From NCBI GenBank assembly GCA_964612825.1, contig CAZTCW010000036.1, positions 26,603-90,602 of the forward strand: a stretch of 64,000 bases of DNA, written 5' to 3'. This DNA is from an uncultured Dehalococcoidia bacterium (GTDB taxonomy: Bacteria > Chloroflexota > Dehalococcoidia > Lucifugimonadales > UBA1127). Under the pieces are notes generated by a model. It searched no databases and was not told the origin of the DNA. It was given only the letters and a program-made list of their open reading frames with translations. A program made the position numbers and the translations under genes. Below, one piece after another: positions 28,250-37,851 of the stretch. How positions within the stretch are numbered: position 1 is the stretch's first letter; each line of letters starts with the position of its first letter.

Positions 28250-29320
28250 TTAGAACTGTCTTAAAAATCTTAGGTCGTTGTCGTAGAAAAAACGGATATC
28301 ATCAATTCCATATTTCAGCATTCCGATTCTTTCAGCGCCTAGGCCGAAAGCAAAACCAGTATATCGGTTTGGGTCATAGCCAACCATCTCCAGCACTTTC
28401 GGGTGGACCATGCCTGCCCCCATAATCTCAATCCAGCCTGTTTGCTTGCAAATCCGGCAACCTATTCCGTCGCAACTAAAGCAATCAATTGCCATTTCAA
28501 CTCCGGGTTCAACAAAAGGAAAATAGTCACAACGGAACCTTACTTTTCTTTTTGCGCCAAATGTTTGCCTCGCAAATTCGTATAAAGTTCCTTTTAGGTC
28601 AGAAAATGTTATGCCTTCATCCACTGCGAGTCCTTCGATTTGGAAAAAATGCCATTCATGAGTCGCATCAGTCGCTTCGTAACGATAACATCTGCCAGGT
28701 ACAACTACCCGGATCGGTGGTTGCACTTTAAGCATGGTACGAGCCTGCATGGGAGAGGTATGTGTTCTTAGAAGCATCCCTCCCCGGTCGTCAAAATTGT
28801 CATTGGTGTTTTCTATCCAAATGGTGTTCCACATATCTCTAGCAGGGTGGTCTTGGGGGATATTTAATAAGCCGAAGTTGAACAATTCCCACTCTACTTC
28901 AGGGCCCTCCACCGTTTGGAATCCCATTGATTCAAAAGCTGAGCATACTTCTCTAATAATTTGTGTGGTCGGGTGAAGTCGGCCTTTCCGTGTCGGCCTA
29001 CCTGGAAGAGTGACGTCAATGGAATATTGGTCATTCTTTTCCGTTGAATTTTGATTTTTAATTAATTCTAATTGTTGGGAGTATTTGGATTCAAGGAATG
29101 ATTTGACCTCATTTGCGAAACTGCCGGTGGCTTGTCTGTCTTCTTTGGGTATTACCCGTAGTAATTTAATGGCTTTCGGCAAAAGTCCTTCAGTTCGACC
29201 GAGATAAGTGACCCGCCATGCCTCTAACTCGGATGTAGTTAAGGAGCATCCAAGTTCAGCGGTGGCATTTTCCTTTAAGGCAATAAGTTGTTCTGTAAGA
29301 TTTATAGGACTAAAGTCCAT
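28250..29320 (-). CDS. pheS: phenylalanine--tRNA ligase alpha subunit
   Basis: 356 aa. HPARDMWNT, LLRTHTSP and the class II motif 3 region GFAFGLGAERI. Confidence 0.95.
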   Translation of the reverse strand: MDFSPINLTEQLIALKENATAELGCSLTTSELEAWRVTYLGRTEGLLPKAIKLLRVIPKEDRQATGSFANEVKSFLESKYSQQLELIKNQNSTEKNDQYSIDVTLPGRPTRKGRLHPTTQIIREVCSAFESMGFQTVEGPEVEWELFNFGLLNIPQDHPARDMWNTIWIENTNDNFDDRGGMLLRTHTSPMQARTMLKVQPPIRVVVPGRCYRYEATDATHEWHFFQIEGLAVDEGITFSDLKGTLYEFARQTFGAKRKVRFRCDYFPFVEPGVEMAIDCFSCDGIGCRICKQTGWIEIMGAGMVHPKVLEMVGYDPNRYTGFAFGLGAERIGMLKYGIDDIRFFYDNDLRFLRQF

Positions 29321-29380
29321 GGATGCTCCTGAAGCATTTTCGTTTGCAAGGTCTAAGGTTCATTTGTTACCTCGCGAGTA

Positions 29381-29409
29381 ATTATAGGTTTCACAACTTG
29401 GAAGAGCAA
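29381..29409 (-). promoter_or_regulatory. sigma70-like promoter for pheST (TTGCTC-N17-TATAAT)
   Basis: On the minus strand, TATAAT (29381-29386) and TTGCTC (29404-29409) have a 17-nt spacer. The -10 is about 60 nt upstream of the pheS ATG. Confidence 0.5.
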
Positions 29410-29537
29410 CATAATGCTATCTACTTCAGGGATCCACCCCATTTGTTGCCCGTAGTATCTTAGTTCCATGGGGTGGATTACAATCATCAGTAATAGTTTA
29501 TTTTTACAGGGTTTTCTTTGATAAGGGGTCTATTAAA

Positions 29538-30035
29538 ATGCGGGAATTCTTGAATCAGAATTCATATGTCTTTCTTGGTTTAATCATCGTTGTTTTAAGT
29601 AGCCTCCTCCTAGTTCGAATCAATCTTCCTTTCAGTAAAATTTTTATTTTCGTTGGAATTTTAGCGATTATATTTTCGATCGGTATTAGTTTTAGAAACG
29701 GTAACAGTTCAATCAGTTCAACTGGTGAAGTTAAAGCAACCTTACATGGAGGGGAACCCACCGTAGTAATGTTCTATTCGGATTACTGAATTCTTTGTCT
29801 TTCGATTAAACCTGTCGTGAATAGGCTAGAACGATCTCTAAAAGGACAAGCAAAACTGATTCGGCTAAATCTAAGGGAATCTGTAGGTAGAGAATTATGG
29901 GACGTACATTCCTTGTCGGTGGTCCCGGCATTCGTAGTTTTTGATTCGAAGGGTCGAGAAGTTTGGAGGCAAGAAGGTCAATATCCAGACACCCATATGA
30001 TTATTAAAATGGCTGGTTCTGGTCAGATTCATTAA
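29538..30035 (+). CDS. membrane-anchored thioredoxin-fold protein interrupted by one in-frame TGA at the CxxC position (candidate selenoprotein U-I-L-C; alternatively a pseudogene)
   Basis: ORF-track entries 29538..29789 and 29817..30035 share a frame (both coordinates are 0 mod 3). The joined read is ...EPTVVMFYSDY-[TGA 29787-29789]-ILCLSIKPVVNRLERSL...SVVPAFVVFDSKGREVWRQEG, a canonical thioredoxin layout with TGA where the first redox Cys belongs. The N-terminus has two hydrophobic helices. Confidence 0.5.
29814..29835 (+). promoter_or_regulatory. weak hairpin downstream of the in-frame UGA (possible bacterial SECIS-like element)
   Basis: GUCGU / 12-nt loop GAAUAGGCUAGA / ACGAU (4 Watson-Crick pairs plus 1 G:U). 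Begins 27 nt after the UGA. Only a modest structure. Confidence 0.25.
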
Positions 30036-30140
30036 GATTTCCAGATAAATTAAAAAAATGATTACCGAATGATGGTTATCTATATTGCCCTTGTAAGAAA
30101 ATTGGTCATATAATGCGTGCAATCGAACACTGGAGAAGCG

Positions 30141-33100
30141 GTGTTTACCCATCTTCATACCCATACTGAATATAGTCTACTTGACGGCTTATCGCGGATT
30201 AATCCCATGGTGCAAAAATGTGTTGATTTAGGTATGGATTCCATTGCGATTACCGACCATGGGGCCATGTATGGCGTGTTAGATTTTTATAGCGAAGCCT
30301 TGGAAAAAGGGATCAAACCAATAATAGGTTGTGAGGTCTATGTTGCCCCCGGGGACCGGAAGAGTAAGGATTCGACCGATAGGACACCCTTCCATCTGAC
30401 GTTATTAGCCAAGGACAACGCGGGCTATAAAAACCTTATTCAGTTGGTAAGCAAAGCCCATTTGGAAGGGTTTTATTATCGTCCAAGAGTCGACAAGCAA
30501 CTCTTAGAAGAATACCGGAATGGAATCGTGGTTCTTTCTGGGTGTCTTAACGGAGAAATAGCCAAAAACATTCAAACCGACCGAATGCAGGAGGCAAAGT
30601 CCGTGGCTTCTTGGTTTAAAGAAGTCTTTAGGGATGATTTCTACTTAGAGCTTCAGCGCCACCCAGGGTTAACAGAACAAGATTCAGTTAACACTTCGCT
30701 TCTGGAACTTAACAAGGATCTAGGAATCCCAATCGTCGCGACTAATGATTTTCACTATGTACATAAAGAAGATGCTCCCCTCCAGGATATTCTGATATGT
30801 ATTCATACCAATACTACCGTGAATGATAAGGCACGCTTAAAAATGCATGGCGATTCTTTTTATCTAAAGAGTGCCGAAGAAATGACGGCGCTTTTTGAGG
30901 ATATTCCCCAAGCTATATCAAATACTCAGCGAATCTCTGAAATGTGCGATGTCCGGATTAATTTTGATCAAATTTATCTTCCAGATTATAAAACCCCAAA
31001 TGATGAAAACCCAGATAAATACCTATCTCAACTGTGTTTAGATGGACTTGTGCGACGGCTTCCGGGGGCTCCTTCCAGGTATAAAGAGCGATTAGATTAC
31101 GAACTGGAAGTTATCCGTCAAATGAGGTTCGCGAATTATTTCCTTGTGGTTTGGGACATTATTACTTATGCGCGGGAAAATGGTGTTTTGTACGGTGTCA
31201 GAGGGAGTGCGGCTGCCAGCTTGGTTCTCTATTGCCTAGGTGTGACTGACGTTAATCCACTCCAATACAATTTGGTCTTCGAACGATTTCTAAACGTTGA
31301 GCGAAAAGAGATGCCTGATATTGACATGGATTTTCAGGATGACAGGCGTGATGAAGTAATCCAGCATGTCGTAAGGAAATACGGAAAAGATCATGTAGCT
31401 CAAATTATTACCTTTGGGACAATGGGCCCGAAAGCAGCAATCCGAGACGTAGGGCGTGCTCTGGCTATGCCATATTCAGCTGCCGATAAAATTGCTCGAT
31501 TAGTTCCTCTTAGGACGCAATCACTGGCGGAAGCAAAAAAGGTGAATCCTGAACTACAGGCCTTGTATGATTCTGACAATGAGCTGTCTACATTGATGGA
31601 TCTGGCACAAAGCGTTGAAGGGATGGTTCGCCATGTGAGTACGCATGCCGCCGCGGTGGTAATAACTCAGGAACCTACTACTGAATATGTCCCGGTCCAG
31701 AGACCCGTCAGGGGAGAAAGCAGCGAAATATCCATGACCCAATTTCCTATGGGTCCGATAGCAAAACTTGGTTTACTCAAAATGGACTTTTTAGGCTTAG
31801 CTAACTTGACCGTTTTAAAAAGGGTGATGGGATTAATCCATCAAAGGCATGGCCGATTATTTACGCTTCAAGATGTCCCCTTAGATGATGAAACCACCTT
31901 CAAGCTCTTGTCTTCAGGAGAAACCGCGGACGTATTTCAGCTTGAAGGGACAGGTATGCGGAAGCATATTCGTGAATTAAAACCTTCTTCATTGGAAGAA
32001 GTAGCTGCCATGATAGCCCTATATCGCCCAGGGCCTATGGAGCATATAGATACCTACATTAGGGCAAAACATGGCCAAGCTGAAGTCCAATATCCCCATT
32101 CATCTCTGAAAGAACTTTTGGAGGAAACTTATGGGGTAATCGTCTACCAGGATCAGGTATTACGTATTGCACAGCGATTTGCAGGATATAGTTTGGGTGA
32201 GGCGGATATCGTCCGGAAGGCCATGGGTAAGAAAGTGCCTGAAATTATGAGAGAAGAAAGAGAGCGTTTCATTTCAGGGGCAGTCTTACTAGGCTATACG
32301 AAAGACGAGGCTGAAAGTGTATTTGATCTTATAGAACCTTTTGCTGGATACGCCTTTAACAAAGCACATGCGGTAAGTTACGCTCTAATTGCTTATTGGA
32401 CGGCATATTTTAAAGCAAATTATCAGCTGGAATACATGACTTCTGTATTAAATATCCGAATGGGGAATACGGAAAAAATTGCTGGAGTCGTTGGGGAATG
32501 CCATCGGCTCTTAATCCCGGTTCTTCCGCCTGATCTCAATAAAAGTGAGACCGATTTTCATATAGAGGAATTAATTGATGGGAAGCATGGCATTAGGTTC
32601 GGATTGGCGGCAGTTAAGAATGTAGGAGAACAGGCGGCGAAAACTATTGAGGCGGCTCGTTTCCTAACTGGGACATTTGATAGTATCGAAGATATGTGCC
32701 ACCGAGTGGACACAAAAGGGACGAATCGAAGAACGCTAGAGAGTCTAATAAAAGTTGGCGCCATGGATTCTCTGAACCCCGATCGTTTATCCATTTTGTC
32801 TGGATTGGATCGTATTGTAAGCCTAGCTCAAAAAGAGGCACGAATTAGAGAGTCTGGCCAACGGTCGATGTTCGAAATTTTAACCGATTCAGTGGAAGAA
32901 ACCCAGAGCTCGTTGGAATTTGAATCGGGCCCTTTAATGACTGATAGCGAAAAAGCGGAATGGGAACGTGAGCTTTTAGGGATATCCTTTTCGGATGAAT
33001 CTTTTCGAGACCTGCTTTCTACTGTAGATCCTTCAGACGCCATTGTTTCTATAGCCGCTGTAGATTTAGATAATACTAAGGAGCGGTTAAATTTTATTGG

Positions 33101-33698
33101 TCAAGTTGCTTCTGTACGACCTGGATTGACTCGAAAAGGACAACAATTTGTTGTTGTAGAAATTTCCCTTTTGGATGGGAAACTTCGAGCTTTGGTATGG
33201 CCTGACGTGTATGAGAAAACTAAGGCACAATGGGAAGAAGGGAATCTCCTTAGGGTTAAAGGGCGAATTCGTAGTGGATCTGATAGTTTGGAAATAAATT
33301 GTGATGATGCTAGCCCTTTCTCCATGGCTAACATGAATGGAAAAAATCCTCGATTTGGAAGTTCTGGTAAATTGGATTCTGGCAGTAAGGTTAGTGAAAA
33401 TCGATTCGTAAGGGCTAAACCATTTCTTCGGTTGGTTATCCGCGAAACGGAAGATCCTCAATATGATGAGACACGACTCCGTGGGATTATAAAAATCCTT
33501 TTGGAGTATGAAGGGAATGAAAAAGTTTACCTTGATATGTTTAGTGGCCGAAAAAAGATCCTTATGGAAATCCCATATACGACCACGATTTGTACTGACC
33601 TGAAGAATGAGCTTATAGAGATGCTTGGGGAAGAAGCAGTTTATGCTGGAGAATCGATGGAAAAGGAACCTATAAAAACTAGCACTTTTAGTAACTAG
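30141..33698 (+). CDS. dnaE: DNA polymerase III alpha subunit
   Basis: PHP-domain start FTHLHTHTEYSLLDG, polymerase core and a C-terminal OB region. Start moved to GTG 30141 (GGAG SD 5 nt upstream). TTGCCC-N18-TATAAT (TATAAT at 30109-30114) would place the ORF-track start 30117 at or before the transcript start. Confidence 0.93.
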   Translation: MFTHLHTHTEYSLLDGLSRINPMVQKCVDLGMDSIAITDHGAMYGVLDFYSEALEKGIKPIIGCEVYVAPGDRKSKDSTDRTPFHLTLLAKDNAGYKNLIQLVSKAHLEGFYYRPRVDKQLLEEYRNGIVVLSGCLNGEIAKNIQTDRMQEAKSVASWFKEVFRDDFYLELQRHPGLTEQDSVNTSLLELNKDLGIPIVATNDFHYVHKEDAPLQDILICIHTNTTVNDKARLKMHGDSFYLKSAEEMTALFEDIPQAISNTQRISEMCDVRINFDQIYLPDYKTPNDENPDKYLSQLCLDGLVRRLPGAPSRYKERLDYELEVIRQMRFANYFLVVWDIITYARENGVLYGVRGSAAASLVLYCLGVTDVNPLQYNLVFERFLNVERKEMPDIDMDFQDDRRDEVIQHVVRKYGKDHVAQIITFGTMGPKAAIRDVGRALAMPYSAADKIARLVPLRTQSLAEAKKVNPELQALYDSDNELSTLMDLAQSVEGMVRHVSTHAAAVVITQEPTTEYVPVQRPVRGESSEISMTQFPMGPIAKLGLLKMDFLGLANLTVLKRVMGLIHQRHGRLFTLQDVPLDDETTFKLLSSGETADVFQLEGTGMRKHIRELKPSSLEEVAAMIALYRPGPMEHIDTYIRAKHGQAEVQYPHSSLKELLEETYGVIVYQDQVLRIAQRFAGYSLGEADIVRKAMGKKVPEIMREERERFISGAVLLGYTKDEAESVFDLIEPFAGYAFNKAHAVSYALIAYWTAYFKANYQLEYMTSVLNIRMGNTEKIAGVVGECHRLLIPVLPPDLNKSETDFHIEELIDGKHGIRFGLAAVKNVGEQAAKTIEAARFLTGTFDSIEDMCHRVDTKGTNRRTLESLIKVGAMDSLNPDRLSILSGLDRIVSLAQKEARIRESGQRSMFEILTDSVEETQSSLEFESGPLMTDSEKAEWERELLGISFSDESFRDLLSTVDPSDAIVSIAAVDLDNTKERLNFIGQVASVRPGLTRKGQQFVVVEISLLDGKLRALVWPDVYEKTKAQWEEGNLLRVKGRIRSGSDSLEINCDDASPFSMANMNGKNPRFGSSGKLDSGSKVSENRFVRAKPFLRLVIRETEDPQYDETRLRGIIKILLEYEGNEKVYLDMFSGRKKILMEIPYTTTICTDLKNELIEMLGEEAVYAGESMEKEPIKTSTFSN

Positions 33699-33720
33699 CT
33701 ATGCAACATCAATGGGTCGT

Positions 33721-35394
33721 TTATTCGTGTAAGACTTCATCTAAGCATTCTATCAAGGTTTCTTCCGGGACATCCGATCGCAATGTCGCTTTTCCGACGC
33801 CATCAAGTAAAATCCATGTGATTTTGCCGCCAGAACTTTTTTTGTCTACCGTCATCGCATCGCGAACTTCAGAGTAATCCCTTAAAGGGAATTTAGTAGG
33901 AAGTCCATAATGCTGTAAAAGTTTCTCTTGGCGGACGACCAATTCGTTGCTTATCAGGCCTAATTTCTCACTGATTCTCGCCGCTACGCCCATGCCGATG
34001 GAAACTGCTTCTCCATGGAGAAGTTTCCCGTACTGAGTGGCCGTCTCTAATCCATGTCCAACCGTGTGGCCATAGTTTAACAATGTTCTTATTCCTAGGG
34101 TCTCTTTTTCATCCTGAGAGACGATGGCTGCTTTTATTGCCATGCTTCTTTTGATGATGTTTACGGAGGCGTCGCCTTCGAGTGTGATAATTTTTTGAGA
34201 ATGGGATTCGAAATCATTCAACAGGTTTGGGTCGAGTATTAGACCATGTTTTATTGCTTCTGCCCAACCGGATGCAAGTTCTCGTTTGGGCAGCGTTAGA
34301 AGTGTTTTAACGTCAGCGAAAACACATTTGGGTTGATAGAAGGTTCCGACGAGGTTTTTCCCGTGGACCAAGTTTACTGCGGTTTTACCGCCAATTGAGG
34401 CATCCACCATTGATGCCAGCGAAGTTGGGACTTGTATAAATGGAAGACCTCTATTGAAGGTAGAGGCTACGAATCCAGCGAGATCTCCTACTACACCCCC
34501 TCCAAGCGCAATGATCAAGTCACCTCGTTCGGCACGTTGGCTGGCCAACCATTCGTAGCATTTCGTGGCCAATAACAAGGATTTAGACTGTTCTCCGCTT
34601 GGCACGATGAAACATTCAGTTTCGAGGCCTGCTTTCTTTAGTGATTCTTGAACGATTTCTCCATATTGTTTCGACACGTTCTCGTCAGATAAGAGAAACG
34701 CTCGTTTGTCGAAACCTAGAGCACGGCATCGTGTTCCCAGATTTTCTAATATTTCCCAACCAACGAAAATTGGGTAGGGGCCTGAAGAAGTATGAACTAG
34801 GGCAGATAGTTCCCCCCCGGGGCTGGCTGGTCTGTTTGAAATGGCGCGAGTTCGGGTTTCATTTCTTAGAGCATCCCAAATCTTTATGGTTTTCGTTGCT
34901 ACTTCATTGGCGGTCAGGTCATCAGTGAAAATAGTCGAATCAGCTAGTTCATAATCAGGCTCCCTTTGTGACTTTAGGGAAACTATTTTATCTAATGGGT
35001 TGGTTCCTAGAAGCATAGGCCGCGTATGGTTTGAATCATTGGCTAAGTTTGATTGAGAGGAAAGACGTGCCTCGATAGTTTTTGGGCTAGCATCGAGTGA
35101 AATTACTATCCCGGAATTCAATAATAATTCTCTATTTTTGGGGTTGCTAAAGGCACCTCCCCCAAGTGCGATTACTAGTTCCGATAGCGAAGCAACTTCT
35201 TTTATTACTTCACCTTCAAGTTCTCGAAAGAACTCCTCCCCTTTCTCAGTGAATATTTGGCTAATCTCTAATCCAGCTTTGAGAGAAATCAGGTTATCTG
35301 TATCAATAAAATCTCTGCCTAGGAGGAAGGCTACTTTTTTTGCAACCGTTGATTTTCCAGTACCGGAAAATCCACTGAGTATGAGGTTATTCAT
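33721..35394 (-). CDS. aroKB: bifunctional shikimate kinase / 3-dehydroquinate synthase (fusion)
   Basis: 557 aa. N-terminal GFSGTGKST...FIDTD (AroK). C-terminal about 360 aa has GGGVVGDLAGF and the HGEAVSIG metal site (AroB). Confidence 0.9.
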   Translation of the reverse strand: MNNLILSGFSGTGKSTVAKKVAFLLGRDFIDTDNLISLKAGLEISQIFTEKGEEFFRELEGEVIKEVASLSELVIALGGGAFSNPKNRELLLNSGIVISLDASPKTIEARLSSQSNLANDSNHTRPMLLGTNPLDKIVSLKSQREPDYELADSTIFTDDLTANEVATKTIKIWDALRNETRTRAISNRPASPGGELSALVHTSSGPYPIFVGWEILENLGTRCRALGFDKRAFLLSDENVSKQYGEIVQESLKKAGLETECFIVPSGEQSKSLLLATKCYEWLASQRAERGDLIIALGGGVVGDLAGFVASTFNRGLPFIQVPTSLASMVDASIGGKTAVNLVHGKNLVGTFYQPKCVFADVKTLLTLPKRELASGWAEAIKHGLILDPNLLNDFESHSQKIITLEGDASVNIIKRSMAIKAAIVSQDEKETLGIRTLLNYGHTVGHGLETATQYGKLLHGEAVSIGMGVAARISEKLGLISNELVVRQEKLLQHYGLPTKFPLRDYSEVRDAMTVDKKSSGGKITWILLDGVGKATLRSDVPEETLIECLDEVLHE

Positions 35395-35406
35395 TCCTGT
35401 CTCCGG

Positions 35407-36282
35407 TTAAATATGTCGGGGTGCAGGGATAATTTTGGCTTCCGCTTTAATCCTTTGTGTCTCTATAATCTGCTGGCCTATTTCACGGATCATGTATTCC
35501 AAGGTCCTGCGAAGTTGGGATCCGCTACGATAGTCCGCTTCAGAAAGTTGTTCGACTCTATGCGCCTTATGTAATTGCATTGCAGAATCGAAAGAATTTG
35601 GGTTCTCCGGATTGTACACCGCAATTGATCTTCCCCCGTATTCACTCATTACTGCAAAGCAAGGGACGTCAGTGGGGCCATCCCCAATATAAATCATGTT
35701 TTCAAATGGGATTCGCCGGTCTTCCTCTCCTACATGATCATTAACATCGGTATGTAGGTCTAGATACCCCTTATTGATTCTGAACAAGTATTGAGTTTTC
35801 TCAGTGTGGCCTATCGCTCTTTTTGGGAACGCTAATTCATTATTTTGATTTTCGTCAAATTCAGACCCAAAGATTGCCTTCATATATGGTTTTATATTGC
35901 TTCCTTCTAAGATTTCACGAAGACCTGAAGTAACAACGTAGTGTTCAATTGTTACAGAGTCCCCTAGAAAATTTAAACTGTCTAGGAGTTTTGAAATTTC
36001 CGGGAAAACTTGGGGAACCCCAGGGAAGTAAGTGAGGGTCAACCCCATGTTTCTTAGATCGGCATTCGAGAGTTTTCGAAACGCATCTTCCTCTAGTAAA
36101 AGGCGCATCCAAGCGAGTTCGCTTTGGTAAAATTTTTGTTGTACCAAATCATTAACACGTTTCCAGAAGTTTTCAGATTGCAATTCAAGATATGGGAGGA
36201 TAGTGTCTTCTTGCATTGCATGCGGACTTAGGGTGTTATCGAAGTCGTAGACAATTCCAATAATGTTCTGGGGTTGCGGCAT
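35407..36282 (-). CDS. HAD-like hydrolase of unknown specificity embedded in the aro operon
   Basis: 291 aa. Motif I VYDFDNTLS, VVTSG, and motif IV IGDGPTDVPCF. Confidence 0.7.
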   Translation of the reverse strand: MPQPQNIIGIVYDFDNTLSPHAMQEDTILPYLELQSENFWKRVNDLVQQKFYQSELAWMRLLLEEDAFRKLSNADLRNMGLTLTYFPGVPQVFPEISKLLDSLNFLGDSVTIEHYVVTSGLREILEGSNIKPYMKAIFGSEFDENQNNELAFPKRAIGHTEKTQYLFRINKGYLDLHTDVNDHVGEEDRRIPFENMIYIGDGPTDVPCFAVMSEYGGRSIAVYNPENPNSFDSAMQLHKAHRVEQLSEADYRSGSQLRRTLEYMIREIGQQIIETQRIKAEAKIIPAPRHI

Positions 36283-36293
36283 TTATCATCCCC

Positions 36294-37553
36294 TCACGCT
36301 TTAGTTGTATAATTTGGCCAAACTGTATTGAGGTAGGATTGGAAATTCCTCTTCGTCTCACTCAGATGATCTCCCCCAAATTTTTCTAGGATTGCATCAG
36401 CCAATATAATGCTTACCATAGCTTCCCCAATTACAGCGCATGTAGGGACAAACGTGATATCGCTGCGTTCAAAATGGGCCTTTGAAACGAAGGCGCCCGT
36501 CTCCAAATCAACTGTTTCTAATCCATTAATGAGAGTTGCGATGGGTTTCACTACCGCTCGGACTACGATGGGCTCGCCGGTGGTCATCCCTCCTTCGAGT
36601 CCTCCGGAATTGTTGGTTCTCCTTTGCCATGGTTGGTCAGAAAGAGAGTACGGGGAATTTTTCCACTCAGTCATAGGTTTGATGACGTCATGGACTTCCG
36701 TCCCCATCAGATTAGCCTGAGTAAAACCAGCACCAAATTCCACACCTTTTACGGCATTAATGCTCATTACTCCAGCTGCCAAGCGGGTTGTAATTTTTCT
36801 ATCCCACTGTATGTGGCTTCCCAGACCAATAGGAACTCCAGTTGCTATAATCTCAATGACACCACCTACGCTGTTACCGGCTTTCCTGGCAGAATCGATG
36901 ATTTGAATCATTTTTTCAGCTGCATCTGGGTCTGCGCATCGAACCGCTGACATTTTGGAACCCTCTGGGCGATCTTGGTGAAAAGGAGGAGCTTCCAATT
37001 CTGCCCAATCTATAGAGGTTGTGTCTTTGGCTTGTTGTCCCCCTATATTTGTGACGTGGCCATGGATTTCTATTCCGAACTCTTCAAGAAACCGTCTTGC
37101 TACAGACCCTGCGGCAACCCGAGCAGCACTCTCACGTGCGCTGGAACGCTCTAGGATGTTCCGTGCGTCCTCTTGAAAGTATTTAGCGGTTCCTGCCGTG
37201 TCTGCATGTCCTGGCCTCAAATTGGTAATAGTTTCAAATTTTTTATCGGTGGGTAGCAAAGACATTACATCTTGCCATGGTACCCCGTCCGGCCCTTTGC
37301 CATTAACCCAATCGCGATTCTGTATCCAGATACTTATTGGACTTCCCATGGTGAGTCCATGGCGCACACCCGATAAAATTTCTGCTGTGTCCTGTTCAAT
37401 CAACATCCTTCCGCCACGACCGTATCCAATTTGGCGTCGCGCTAAATCTCCAGTTATATAGTCTTCCGTTAGAGTTAATCCCGCAGGTGCTCCCTCGATT
37501 ATTACGGACAATCCTCTCCCATGCGATTCACCAGCAGTAAGAAACCGGAACAT
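36294..37553 (-). CDS. aroC: chorismate synthase
   Basis: 419 aa. MFRFLTAGESHGRGL start and GRGGRM, RPGHAD motifs. Longer than the usual length of about 360-390 aa. Confidence 0.93.
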   Translation of the reverse strand: MFRFLTAGESHGRGLSVIIEGAPAGLTLTEDYITGDLARRQIGYGRGGRMLIEQDTAEILSGVRHGLTMGSPISIWIQNRDWVNGKGPDGVPWQDVMSLLPTDKKFETITNLRPGHADTAGTAKYFQEDARNILERSSARESAARVAAGSVARRFLEEFGIEIHGHVTNIGGQQAKDTTSIDWAELEAPPFHQDRPEGSKMSAVRCADPDAAEKMIQIIDSARKAGNSVGGVIEIIATGVPIGLGSHIQWDRKITTRLAAGVMSINAVKGVEFGAGFTQANLMGTEVHDVIKPMTEWKNSPYSLSDQPWQRRTNNSGGLEGGMTTGEPIVVRAVVKPIATLINGLETVDLETGAFVSKAHFERSDITFVPTCAVIGEAMVSIILADAILEKFGGDHLSETKRNFQSYLNTVWPNYTTKA

Positions 37554-37635
37554 ATTCGACCTCCTAATTTTCTGAAGGGTTTTGAGAGCGGGATAGTGGT
37601 GGTAATCGAGGTGTTGTAATAGTAATGGTGGATAT

Positions 37636-37848
37636 TTAGTTGGTTTCCTTTTTGTTTATTAGGCTTTTATAAAAGTTGTAGAAGGCAACACCAATGAAAC
37701 CGCCAATAATGTACTGCATTTGTTCCACAAAACTATTCCCGAGGATCCCCCATACATATAGAGCAACTACAATGGAAATAAATAGGATTAGTGAAATGTA
37801 GGATGTCACTCTATTCATGCTTTCTAGGCTAGCATAATTGTTCACCAA
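37636..37848 (-). CDS. small two-helix membrane protein (hypothetical)
   Basis: 70 aa. Two hydrophobic segments (ISLILFISIVVALYVWGIL; IIGGFIGVAFYNF). Tightly packed between aroE and aroC. Confidence 0.45.
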   Translation of the reverse strand: MVNNYASLESMNRVTSYISLILFISIVVALYVWGILGNSFVEQMQYIIGGFIGVAFYNFYKSLINKKETN

Positions 37849-37851
37849 GAG

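Noticed and set aside
27659-28264. 201-aa ORF on the + strand
   Set aside because: Lies almost entirely antisense to pheT (its last ~45 nt extend past the pheT start). Ser/Pro/Arg/Ile-rich low-complexity translation typical of the mirror frame of a real gene. No SD and no recognisable motif.
29321-29537. T-box or attenuator leader for pheST (minus-strand AAAUGGGGUGGAUCCCUG resembles the T-box GGGUGGNACCGCG core)
   Set aside because: Only about 9 of 13 core positions match. No specifier-loop, AG-bay or terminator/antiterminator architecture. A good TTGCTC-N17-TATAAT promoter lies downstream of the motif, placing it outside the pheS transcript.
29817-30035. 72-aa ORF as an independent GTG-initiated gene
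   Set aside because: No SD. It lacks the N-terminal strand and redox motif of its own thioredoxin fold. It is in frame with, and contiguous to, 29538..29789 across a single TGA, so it is treated as one gene (Sec candidate or pseudogene).
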